Below are positions 8,206 through 16,802 of a DNA stretch of 38,127 nt, in pieces (the first letter of the stretch is position 1; the number at the start of each line of letters is the position of its first letter). Under the pieces are notes generated by a model, which saw nothing but the letters and a program-made list of their open reading frames with translations, made no database searches and was not told where the DNA came from. The position numbers and the translations under genes are program-made. Location: positions 1-38,127 of the IMG/VR virus record IMGVR_UViG_3300012347_000587. One strand, written 5' to 3'. The DNA is from a virus (taxonomy: Duplodnaviria > Caudoviricetes).

Positions 8206-8603
8206 TACGGGTGCTCTTTTTTATATTTTATGAACTCACGGTTTTTGTCATCATACATTTTCTTGTACAGTGCGGTTTGTTTTTTGTGGTACTCAATTTC
8301 CTGAAGTAATGTTTTTTCCTTAGCATCAAACAGATTTGAAATGTTTTGTGACATTTCCTGTACGTGCCTATATTTTTCTTCATAGCGAATACCTAAATCA
8401 TCAAGAGCTTCTTTGTACAGATCAACTACTTTCGAACCGTTTTCAATATCAATAGTTTCAGCACTTTTTTGGGCGGTCGACACTTCAACTCTTAGTTTTT
8501 CAACCTCCTGTTTGTATTTGCTTTTGGCAAAAATAAAAGTGAAGTAACCCGTTCCGCCAACCATTGTTACTAAGGCACTAAGCACAACTATCCATTGATC
8601 CAT
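8205..8603 (-). CDS. Single-TM coiled-coil protein, holin candidate
   Basis: N-terminal hydrophobic helix (residues ~4-26) followed by a charged coiled coil. Confidence 0.45.
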   Translation of the reverse strand: MDQWIVVLSALVTMVGGTGYFTFIFAKSKYKQEVEKLRVEVSTAQKSAETIDIENGSKVVDLYKEALDDLGIRYEEKYRHVQEMSQNISNLFDAKEKTLLQEIEYHKKQTALYKKMYDDKNREFIKYKKEHP

Positions 8604-8605
8604 AA

Positions 8606-8887
8606 CTATATTTTCTTTAAAGTAATTAACTCCTTGATTTCATTATAATTTTTATTGTCACGTTTCAAATGAATTCGAACTCTATCCTCAAACTCTTGCG
8701 GATTTTCTTTAGCATTTACGAGCTGTATTAAATTTGGTGCTAGAACTGGATCACTTTTCAGGTCACCTGAGTTCAGTCTTAAAATAATTCCAACCTCCTG
8801 AAGCACGCTCTCGTCAATTACAAAATCGCCATCAACAATAACAATATCATCGTTAGCATCGAGTAGTATGTCAGTTTCATATGTCAT
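8606..8887 (-). CDS. Baseplate gp46/gpW-like protein
   Basis: DILLD..DIVIVDGDFVI..GDLKSDP pattern; follows the spike gene. Confidence 0.6.
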   Translation of the reverse strand: MTYETDILLDANDDIVIVDGDFVIDESVLQEVGIILRLNSGDLKSDPVLAPNLIQLVNAKENPQEFEDRVRIHLKRDNKNYNEIKELITLKKI

Positions 8888-8938
8888 AATATTTTATCCT
8901 ATTTTCTCCCTATCCTATTGGAGAGGGTTGGGGTGAGG

Positions 8939-9499
8939 CTATCCGTGTTTTATTTTTTCGTTTTCAATATTCGATAGATCCGCAGTTTCTAAACTTACAA
9001 ATGCACTCGACAACCCTTTTAATGTGGCTCCACCGTCATTTGGGACCGGTATCCAATTTTGAAAAACCGTTTTCAATGCTTCCAATACTGCAGTATTTTT
9101 ATCAACCTGTAATTTTAATTCCGTGGCGTTTACAATTCCTCCAAAAGTTTCGCCATTAATAGTCATTACACCATCCTTTAAAATCAATTTAAACCCAGTT
9201 GCGTCACTTATTTCAATTTCATCAACCGACTCGCATTCTATCAAAAAAGCATCAGCAGCATTGTTGTTTATTATTCCAATAATGCACTTTGTACCTATTG
9301 TTGGATTTCGGTTAATAGAACCTATTCCTAAATTCACTTCGAAAAAATCACAGCCGTCAATAACCCCTGTGGCCGTCATTGTTTTTTTATCCCAATCAAC
9401 CTCTTTAACAACACACCAGTGCGTTTGTACGTCAATTAACTTTTTAGCTTTTGAAGTCAAAAGTTTTCCAAATTCTATTATGTTGGATCCTGGTTTCAA
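8939..9499 (-). CDS. Baseplate spike (gp45/gpV-like)
   Basis: OB-fold-like N-terminus with PTIGTKCIIG; VPNDGG tip motif; synteny. Confidence 0.7.
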   Translation of the reverse strand: MKPGSNIIEFGKLLTSKAKKLIDVQTHWCVVKEVDWDKKTMTATGVIDGCDFFEVNLGIGSINRNPTIGTKCIIGIINNNAADAFLIECESVDEIEISDATGFKLILKDGVMTINGETFGGIVNATELKLQVDKNTAVLEALKTVFQNWIPVPNDGGATLKGLSSAFVSLETADLSNIENEKIKHG

Positions 9500-10476
9500 T
9501 TTGTTTTTTCTCCTAATTTTATAACCTGACGAATACCGTCACGATTGAATGTTTTTGTAACTCCTTCGATATAATAAATTCCGTTTCGGTCTTCATATAA
9601 AGTACTTTTCAAATTGGCCTTTTGGCCGTGTTTTACCGATGGAATTCCAAAGGCTGTAAACGAACCGTCAAATCGGTCTTGTTTGTATTTTTCATAGTCG
9701 AGCTTCACCAGAACCTCCAACTCTTGCCTTGATTTATTATAGTGAGTCAATTGTCTAGGTTGCCCGGCTTTATCGCCAAACTCCACTTCAATTTTATCGC
9801 CATTGCTTAAAGTAGAAACTCCTTTTATCAAAAGAAATAAATCATCTTTACGTACATAATTCAAAGAACTGCTAACACAATTACGCTCCAAATGAAAATT
9901 AACTTTCTCGACTTCACTATCGTCTGAATAGTATTTTCCACAAACCAATACTTGCACACCATTGACAGTTTTAAAATAAGTGTTCAACTTCCACGGCTCT
10001 TGCTGCAGTTTATCCAAAACCTCGGCAACCGTGGTTTTAGGAAAACGAACACTACCAATTTGCACCCCTTCCAAAGCGTCAATAGTATATCCTGGTGCAA
10101 TCTGTGTGAGTAAATCTTTTAAGCCAATATTCGGGTGGCTAAAGTTTACCGGGAGTTGCTTCATTTTCCACATTTCATCCTGCAGTTTAATCCGTATTGG
10201 AATATCAGCCGCAACTTCGGTAATGTATCCACGAAACTCTTCTTTATTGGTTCCGTTGTATCCAAAAGCAATGGTTACAAAATCGCCTCTTCTGAAGGTG
10301 TCCCTCACTTTATTTTTATCAAAGAACTTTATTTTTCGTGGCAATACTATTTCGGCAGTTGCCGTCAAAAGTGTCCACGAGCTTTCAATAATTATCTCGG
10401 TTATTTGCGTTAAAACTATTTCGCTTCGACGGTCATTTTTGGCAAATACGATTTGGCAGTTCATTGCTAAAGTCAT
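9496..10476 (-). CDS. Baseplate hub / late control D-like protein (gp44 analogue)
   Basis: TATAEIVLP...EEFRGYIT...GIYYIEGVTKTF pattern; synteny. Confidence 0.75.
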   Translation of the reverse strand: MTLAMNCQIVFAKNDRRSEIVLTQITEIIIESSWTLLTATAEIVLPRKIKFFDKNKVRDTFRRGDFVTIAFGYNGTNKEEFRGYITEVAADIPIRIKLQDEMWKMKQLPVNFSHPNIGLKDLLTQIAPGYTIDALEGVQIGSVRFPKTTVAEVLDKLQQEPWKLNTYFKTVNGVQVLVCGKYYSDDSEVEKVNFHLERNCVSSSLNYVRKDDLFLLIKGVSTLSNGDKIEVEFGDKAGQPRQLTHYNKSRQELEVLVKLDYEKYKQDRFDGSFTAFGIPSVKHGQKANLKSTLYEDRNGIYYIEGVTKTFNRDGIRQVIKLGEKTN

Positions 10477-10479
10477 AGT

Positions 10480-11118
10480 CTAAAAATTTTCGTTTACATC
10501 CGGCAAAATCAGTTCAACGGCATCATCACTGGTTAATGTCATAGAGAAAGGAATAATTCCCGGCGAACCTTGAATACTTTCCTCTTTAAAGTCATCCATT
10601 ACAACAGCGTGAATTTTTTTGGTTGTAAATAGCTTTCCGCTCACGTTGATAGCACTTGCTAATTCCTCCCACTCTTGTATTGTAATAATCTGGTCACGTG
10701 CGCTAATTTGTGGTGTGTCAATTGCCAAACCTTTCACATCGACAATCCAGTCATCAAATCCAAATATTTCCTTGACGGTTCCATTATTACCTGATAGATT
10801 TGTTTTGGTCATATTTTTAGCCCTGCGAAAAGAAAACAAAGTAGCCGGTGGCAAAACAAAATCCTTATACTCAATATCCTCCAAAATCCCTGCAGAGGTA
10901 TATATTTTATAAGTTCCAGACTTAAATTTTAAAAGACCTATTATCGGCGTTCCCATCCAACTGGTTGCTTCTTTTTTATAGTAATCCTCAATCAAGCTGA
11001 TCCCTTTATAATCAAAATTATTTGGGGCTTGTTTATTGAGCGGTTCCGTAATAAAAATAGGGGAGCTAATGCCGAAAGCAGCACCAAACAATTGCGATAA
11101 ATTATATCTTGCGTCCAT
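10480..11118 (-). CDS. Tail tube initiator-like protein (DUF6046-like)
   Basis: GTVKEIFGFDDW motif; directly after tape measure. Confidence 0.65.
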   Translation of the reverse strand: MDARYNLSQLFGAAFGISSPIFITEPLNKQAPNNFDYKGISLIEDYYKKEATSWMGTPIIGLLKFKSGTYKIYTSAGILEDIEYKDFVLPPATLFSFRRAKNMTKTNLSGNNGTVKEIFGFDDWIVDVKGLAIDTPQISARDQIITIQEWEELASAINVSGKLFTTKKIHAVVMDDFKEESIQGSPGIIPFSMTLTSDDAVELILPDVNENF

Positions 11119-13118
11119 TATCCCATACTTATTACACTGTCACGAAGACGGTCATTAATCAATCCTACCACTTTATCCGCTACTTTTCGAATATCTAAAT
11201 CACCACTAATTCCAAAGTGATTTGTAATATTCAAAGTCATTGTGATAGATTTTCCAACTGCGTTGTCACCAGAACCGGTTGTAGTTCCTTCGCCTTTGGC
11301 TTTTTTCTTTTTTCCTTCAGGATCATTCAATCCGGCAAGATTCAACCCTTTAGTGTCAAGTTCGGCGACCGTGGCTTTCTTGCCTAGTTTTACAGCACTT
11401 TCACCTTTTGCCTCCTCCGCTTTTTTCTTTGCGGTGTATTCATCACTTGCCTTTTGTCCTGAGGCGAGTGCTTTTGGAACACCTCCCTTTACATTATTAT
11501 AAGCATTTCTTGCTGCTGTAACTCCTGTCAAATCAGATGCGGCTTGTTTCCCTGTTTTCCAAGCCTCAGACCATTCGCCTTTAAAAAAGTGGTGTAGTGC
11601 TTTTCCAACTCCTGAAAGCCCGGAAAGCAAACCTTTAAATCGGTCAACCACATACGTTTTTATGGTATTACCAAATAATTTGAGCATTTCCCAACCTTTG
11701 AAAAGAACGTTTCTAAAACCCTCGAATTTGTTCCAACACAAGGCAACAACTCCCGCAAGGGCAACAACTCCAACAGCAACCCAAACTAATGGATTGGCAG
11801 CCATAGCCGCATTCCAAGCCCATTGCGCCGCTGTGGCAACGCCTGTGGCTCCTGTCATAATCACCGTTTTAGCAGTGGTCAGCATCGAGGCGTTGGAGGC
11901 AAGACCTAACATTGTTTTTACACCACCCATTGCTTCCTTAACTCCTCGTGAGGCAATGGTCATATTAGCCATGACACTAATTCCATTCGCTCCCGCAGAT
12001 ACGTAAGGTTCCATTGCTGTGGTGTATTCTCCAATGGCTATTTTAGCATCATTAAAAACAGCGTTCATTCTGCTTTTCTTTTCGGCAGAGGTGTCCATCA
12101 TTATACCCGCTTGCTCTTCAGCTGCGTTTGTACCTTCGATTTTCTTTTGGAGTGCATCCTGGGCGTCAACACTGTTTAGCATAATGCTTGCGGCTGCAGC
12201 ATTTTCAGTACCAAACATTTGAGCCATTATAGTGGCATCGCCTTGCGCCTTTTTAAGTTCGCGTAATCTTGTAGTTAATGGAAGTGACGTATTGGAAACA
12301 ATATCCATATTTACGCCAAGGGCTTTCAGTTTTCCTGCGGCTTCTTTTGGCAAAACATCCTCACCGGCCATTTTACCCAATACGTTTCGTAAAGCAATAC
12401 CGGCTTCGGCTCCTTCTTTTCCTCCTGCGGCCAATGATTGTAAAACAGCATTGGTCTCCACAAAGGAAACATTGGATTGTTTGGCCTGAACTCCGGCAAC
12501 TTTCAATGCTCCTGCAATGGATGGAACCTCGGCGGCTCCCTCTTTTGCACCGGCGGCCATTACGTTCATCATTCGAGCCATTTCCTCTTGTGCTGCAATT
12601 GGATCTGATAAATCAACTCCATATTGTAACATGGCAGTGGTCAGGGCATCGACGGAACCTACAGCATCATTACCCATTGTTTTAGAAAGTGTACGAACAT
12701 TGTGTTCCATCTTTTCTAAAGCTTCAGGTGATTTTGCAATATCAGGACCTAGTCGTGAAAGTATAGTTTTGTAAGTGTTTAAACTATCCGTTGCTTCGCC
12801 TCCAAATTGCTCCGCACTTGCTCTGGCTTTTTTGCCCAAATCTTCCAAGCCGTCACCAGTAACTCCGGTAATAGATTCTACCTCGGCAAGACCGCTCTCG
12901 AACGACACGAATTTTCCATTAAAATCTTCCAGTCCTCGTTTGATCTGTTGAGCCGATTGGTCAACCGCCATCAAGTCAATAGCACTAAATTTATTCAGGC
13001 TTTTGCCAACCTCATTAAATCGTTTTTCAGTTGTGTCAATGACCTTGTTAACACCAGAAATACCACTCGTGAGGCTATCTTTAAATCGTAACTCCCAAGT
13101 GGTATTTGCTGTTGTCAT
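11118..13118 (-). CDS. Tail tape measure protein (TP901-type core)
   Basis: Ala/Gly-rich helical repeats, GKEGAEAGIALRN, MFGTEN, NAAMAANP + TM-like stretch. Confidence 0.92.
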   Translation of the reverse strand: MTTANTTWELRFKDSLTSGISGVNKVIDTTEKRFNEVGKSLNKFSAIDLMAVDQSAQQIKRGLEDFNGKFVSFESGLAEVESITGVTGDGLEDLGKKARASAEQFGGEATDSLNTYKTILSRLGPDIAKSPEALEKMEHNVRTLSKTMGNDAVGSVDALTTAMLQYGVDLSDPIAAQEEMARMMNVMAAGAKEGAAEVPSIAGALKVAGVQAKQSNVSFVETNAVLQSLAAGGKEGAEAGIALRNVLGKMAGEDVLPKEAAGKLKALGVNMDIVSNTSLPLTTRLRELKKAQGDATIMAQMFGTENAAAASIMLNSVDAQDALQKKIEGTNAAEEQAGIMMDTSAEKKSRMNAVFNDAKIAIGEYTTAMEPYVSAGANGISVMANMTIASRGVKEAMGGVKTMLGLASNASMLTTAKTVIMTGATGVATAAQWAWNAAMAANPLVWVAVGVVALAGVVALCWNKFEGFRNVLFKGWEMLKLFGNTIKTYVVDRFKGLLSGLSGVGKALHHFFKGEWSEAWKTGKQAASDLTGVTAARNAYNNVKGGVPKALASGQKASDEYTAKKKAEEAKGESAVKLGKKATVAELDTKGLNLAGLNDPEGKKKKAKGEGTTTGSGDNAVGKSITMTLNITNHFGISGDLDIRKVADKVVGLINDRLRDSVISMG

Positions 13119-13349
13119 TTATTCTGTTCTAGGCATAAAATGGGCGACTGCCAATTTTATTGTTATTTCTAAATCTTGATTCTTTTGGTTCGAAACATAG
13201 AGGTACTCATTATACAGTGCCGACCACTCTTTATCGCTTAATTGCTCAATTTTGATGTTGGGATAATGATAGCGGAGTATGGCGTTTATTTTGAGTATGA
13301 ATTGCTCATCATCCTCTTTGTCTTTGGGGTCGAGTCGTGACCCCTCTAA
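13119..13349 (-). CDS. Tail assembly chaperone T extension (-1 frameshift product G-T)
   Basis: 76-codon -1 frame (LEGSRLDPKDKEDDEQF...PRTE*) filling the gap to the tape measure; slippery A AAT TTT at 13355-13349 and GGGGTC/GACCCC hairpin downstream. Confidence 0.85.
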   Translation of the reverse strand, partial: LEGSRLDPKDKEDDEQFILKINAILRYHYPNIKIEQLSDKEWSALYNEYLYVSNQKNQDLEITIKLAVAHFMPRTE

Positions 13350-13675
13350 AAATTTTTGATTTCCGAGGTTATACTTTTACCAATCAATTGAATTCTTGCC
13401 AAAAGTTCTGAGAACATTACACCGTCCTGATCTATCACTTCCATATCGCCTTCCAGTACGCAGCCCATTGTTAATTTGTGCTGTCCCTTCAGGTCGTTTT
13501 TTTGCATCGCTTCGGCGGAGGCTTGTACAATGGCTCGAGTGGGGCGTTTTACTAAATAGCAATATTCCGTACCTTCGTCATCTTTAATAATGACTTCTTT
13601 CAGGTTTCTTTTGCCTCCTACTTTTGCTTCGTGTTCAGCAACCTGAACGTCTGTGTATGGTTTTATAACTGCCAT
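13346..13675 (-). CDS. Tail assembly chaperone G
   Basis: Between tube and tape measure; likely start ATG 13675 (MAVIKPY). Confidence 0.8.
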   Translation of the reverse strand: MAVIKPYTDVQVAEHEAKVGGKRNLKEVIIKDDEGTEYCYLVKRPTRAIVQASAEAMQKNDLKGQHKLTMGCVLEGDMEVIDQDGVMFSELLARIQLIGKSITSEIKNF

Positions 13676-13680
13676 AAGTC

Positions 13681-14112
13681 CTAGATTACATTCCACTCGA
13701 TGTGGCTAATTAATAATTCGTACTTTGTTGTGATAGTCATATCGTTTTGCTTCACTTCGACACCGTCACCCATAAACTCCGCATTACGGATTCTATCTTT
13801 CAGAATAACACCGTTTTCAGTTTCGTACTGGACAATCATATCAAATGGAGCAATATCACGAATAGATTTCCCCGGAGGCAATGAAAGTTTCAAAGCGTCC
13901 ACTTCCTCTTTCATTAAAGTGATAGAAGCTTTTGGTTCATAGTTTCCGCGTCCACGTCCTATTGGAAATTTACCGGCACCATAAACGTTTTCTTTCTTTT
14001 CTTTGTCGTCATACGCTAGTTCCGTGATGCCTTCTACATCACGTCCAAGTATATTTGCAGTTACGGTATTCCATCCCTGCAGTGTTCCAAATTTGTTTAC
14101 TATTGTACCCAT
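13681..14112 (-). CDS. Tail tube protein
   Basis: Follows sheath; VYGAGKFPIGRGRGNYE motif; 143 aa, beta-rich. Confidence 0.8.
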   Translation of the reverse strand: MGTIVNKFGTLQGWNTVTANILGRDVEGITELAYDDKEKKENVYGAGKFPIGRGRGNYEPKASITLMKEEVDALKLSLPPGKSIRDIAPFDMIVQYETENGVILKDRIRNAEFMGDGVEVKQNDMTITTKYELLISHIEWNVI

Positions 14113-14113
14113 C

Positions 14114-15298
14114 TTAATTGATTGAATTTGTTAAACCTAATGCCACTTCAAACTCGTGAACAATACCATCGGCAACCACTGAAGCTTTCACTTTTACGGG
14201 TTGAGTTCCGCTAACCACTTGCGTAGGATCTATAAATACTTCAAATCCACTTATCTCGTCATCGGACACCAGTTGCTCTAAAGCTTTGTTGCCAATTCCT
14301 ACCCAACGGGTTACAGTTGTGTTTTTGATAAATCCGGTAGATGGGTCTTTTTTCACGACTCCTTTAACCTCTGGCAGTAATGCCACTCTCAAAGCTCTTG
14401 CTGCTTTATTCCAAACTCGGTTGTTTTCGATAAAACAATAGTCCGAAGCCTGTGTAATAGCTGTTTTTGAGTTGGTAAAGAACACACCAGGATAACCTTC
14501 GTAAGAAGCCGCGAAGATGTAACCGTTCGCTTCCAAAGTTGTTAATTGGGCTTTGGTCAATGATTTAATGGTAGTGCCATCGGTTAACTTTGGCTCCAAC
14601 CACAATCCTAAATTTTTATCCGTCAATGGATAGTCTGCCGTTCCTCTTTTGGCCAATGGCTTGTTTTGGATATTGACAGAGCCTACATTTTCGTTTACTT
14701 TACGAGCCGCAATCATTCCCAACAATGCTCCTGCAGCTGCAAAAGTTGATGTTCCTGATCCAACCACTAAAATTGAAATTTGCGGAGCCGATAGGGTTGT
14801 TAAATCCAATGCATCTGCAAACGCGAATCCGTTCCAACCAAGAATACCAAAATCAATAAGACGGTTTTCAGCGGCCAAAACATCAATTACATTGGCTTGA
14901 TAATCTGCAGCAGTTACTTCTTGAGTAATGATACCAAAATCATCAACAACAGAAAATCCTTTGATGGCAGGGTTTTCTTTAAGGAAAGAAACAACATTAG
15001 CAGCCGTTTTTACATTGTACAAGTACAAAGTACCTTCTGGAGCCAATCTGAAAAATTCAGAAATATGCTCATAAAAAGGAGTTGCACCGTTTGAACTGGC
15101 ACTGGCTGTAAGTCCTAAACCTTCCGCTTGAGAAAGTGAGGTTAAAACCAAACCTTTCCCTGAGTTCGCAATTACCAAGTCAAGCGGTGCATTACCGGTT
15201 GCTTTAATAATTAAGGCAAGGTGGCTGTCTAAACTTGGACTTTTACGTCCTAAACCGCCTTGTAATTTTTCTATTTTAACACCTGTTAACTCTCCCAT
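14114..15298 (-). CDS. Tail sheath protein (DUF2586-like)
   Basis: QGGLGR start; SDYCFIENNRVWNKAAR; LVSDDEISG sheath C-terminal motifs. Confidence 0.85.
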   Translation of the reverse strand: MGELTGVKIEKLQGGLGRKSPSLDSHLALIIKATGNAPLDLVIANSGKGLVLTSLSQAEGLGLTASASSNGATPFYEHISEFFRLAPEGTLYLYNVKTAANVVSFLKENPAIKGFSVVDDFGIITQEVTAADYQANVIDVLAAENRLIDFGILGWNGFAFADALDLTTLSAPQISILVVGSGTSTFAAAGALLGMIAARKVNENVGSVNIQNKPLAKRGTADYPLTDKNLGLWLEPKLTDGTTIKSLTKAQLTTLEANGYIFAASYEGYPGVFFTNSKTAITQASDYCFIENNRVWNKAARALRVALLPEVKGVVKKDPSTGFIKNTTVTRWVGIGNKALEQLVSDDEISGFEVFIDPTQVVSGTQPVKVKASVVADGIVHEFEVALGLTNSIN

Positions 15299-15684
15299 TA
15301 TTTATCGGATTGAGTGGTTTGACGGTTTTCTGGGTTCTTTCCATCTTTGCCTAGTGTGGCGTTTGGAATAACAGTCTCGGCAGTCACTTTGATGTTTTTT
15401 ACATCTTTTGAAACTGTGGCTTTTTTAGTAGCTGCTTTTGGAGTAGCTGCTTTTTTAGCTTCAACTACTGGAGTAACTATCTTTTTAGTATCGACTTTTG
15501 GAGCCTCTACTTTTACTTCCCGATCAATTGGGAAAATTTTTAAATCTCCTTTGTCCAGTTCAGCGTAGTTTTCTGAAAAGAAAATGTTTCCGTCTTCTCT
15601 TGCATACACTTTATCCTGGGCAGGATGTTGCTCAAACACTTCTAGTGCTTTTGCCTCTAATTCTTTTTTTGAGTATGTTTTCAT
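15298..15684 (-). CDS. Hypothetical protein with Lys/Ala/Thr-rich low-complexity tail
   Basis: TAATG coupling to sheath; DGNIFF motif, KKAATPKAATKKAT. Confidence 0.7.
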   Translation of the reverse strand: MKTYSKKELEAKALEVFEQHPAQDKVYAREDGNIFFSENYAELDKGDLKIFPIDREVKVEAPKVDTKKIVTPVVEAKKAATPKAATKKATVSKDVKNIKVTAETVIPNATLGKDGKNPENRQTTQSDK

Positions 15685-15706
15685 AAATTGAAATTTTAAA
15701 TCGTTT

Positions 15707-16249
15707 TTAAACCCACCAAATACAGTTCTTATACCTCCAAATTAAATAAACAAGTCCTCCAACCGGAATGAACCATAAAAGCCAGTAATACGTAATAGTT
15801 TTATCAGTTGCCTTTCCCTTTTTAGACTCGGCTACTTTTGCAACCGTTGTACTGGATTTAGTTCCTTTGTCAACAACCTTTTTAGCCGTTGAAGCTTCGG
15901 ATTGCAGCGTTTCTTTTTTATTGGATTTTGAGCTTGTTTTTTCCTCTGTTCGAGAGGCGTTGTTTAGCTCTTTTTTAGTGCCGTTTTCGTCAGTATAGGA
16001 ACTTGGCTTTGTAGGGTCTACTGGTGTGTAAGTCGTTTTAATTGTCGTGGTTTCATCCGTGGACACAACCTCGCTACTAACTTTTACACCTGTGCTATCC
16101 TGAGCCGTCAAGTCCTTTTTTTCTGTGGCGGTTTGCTCTAATTCTACTTTCTTATCAATATGGCTAGTTTGTGTTTTTCGTGTGCCACAGCTAGTCATAA
16201 ACAAAAGAATAAGCAAAAAGGAAAACCAATAAAAGAGTGCTTTTTTCAT
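15707..16249 (-). CDS. Lipoprotein with C-terminal TM helix; unimolecular spanin candidate
   Basis: Lipobox LFMTS-C; C-terminal YYWLLWFIPVGGLVYLIW; overlaps the endolysin stop. Confidence 0.65.
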   Translation of the reverse strand: MKKALFYWFSFLLILLFMTSCGTRKTQTSHIDKKVELEQTATEKKDLTAQDSTGVKVSSEVVSTDETTTIKTTYTPVDPTKPSSYTDENGTKKELNNASRTEEKTSSKSNKKETLQSEASTAKKVVDKGTKSSTTVAKVAESKKGKATDKTITYYWLLWFIPVGGLVYLIWRYKNCIWWV

Positions 16250-16725
16250 TTTTTAAAGTATAATTCTGATTCTAGTTGACGGCGTGAAATCAAGCCGTTT
16301 GTCACTCGACCTCCTGACTTATTCCATTTTGCAAATTCTTGAGCAATGGATGGATCATTTGGATTCGCATTTACTTTTTTAAGGAGAGTGCTATCTCCTA
16401 GACCTTCAGCAATTAAATCAACATCAATATCGGTTCCTACGTTGTAGGCAAAGCTTAGTATAGCGTTGTATTGATTTTGATTTACATTTGATTTAACCAG
16501 TGAGTTGACTTCTTTTACAAATTTTGAAACAATGATTTCGAATATCTGAACACCGTAAGCCCTCGTAATTGGCTTATCCTTCATTGTTACTTTTCGGCCA
16601 TCAGGATAAAAAGTGTTGCCAAACCCAATAGTAGGCTTGCCACCAGAACACAAGTAAGGAACCGCAGAAAAACCCTCACGATTTTGTAAAAAAGTTGATC
16701 CGGCACTATCAATGTTTTTTGTCAT
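16246..16725 (-). CDS. Endolysin, GH24 phage lysozyme
   Basis: E-x8-C-x5-T triad (EGFSAVPYLCSGGKPT), SFAYNVG, GLISRR. Confidence 0.92.
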   Translation of the reverse strand: MTKNIDSAGSTFLQNREGFSAVPYLCSGGKPTIGFGNTFYPDGRKVTMKDKPITRAYGVQIFEIIVSKFVKEVNSLVKSNVNQNQYNAILSFAYNVGTDIDVDLIAEGLGDSTLLKKVNANPNDPSIAQEFAKWNKSGGRVTNGLISRRQLESELYFKK

Positions 16726-16738
16726 TTGTAATTGAATT

Positions 16739-16790
16739 AACCCCCGAAGGGTGTAGTCGAGCCGCAGTGGCTCCGACTACCCTTTTTAAA
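16739..16790 (-). promoter_or_regulatory. Tandem hairpins between capsid and lysis genes (partial terminator or mRNA stabiliser)
   Basis: Minus strand: GTAGTC..GAGCC-ACTGC-GGCTC.GACTAC, then CCC-TTCG-GGG; no strong U tract. Confidence 0.5.
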
Positions 16791-16802
16791 AAATCAGATA
16801 AA

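Noticed and set aside
9123-15686. Many + strand ORFs opposite the tail genes (e.g. 9980-10483, 11662-12006, 12278-12685)
   Set aside because: Antisense shadows of well-supported genes with no recognisable motifs
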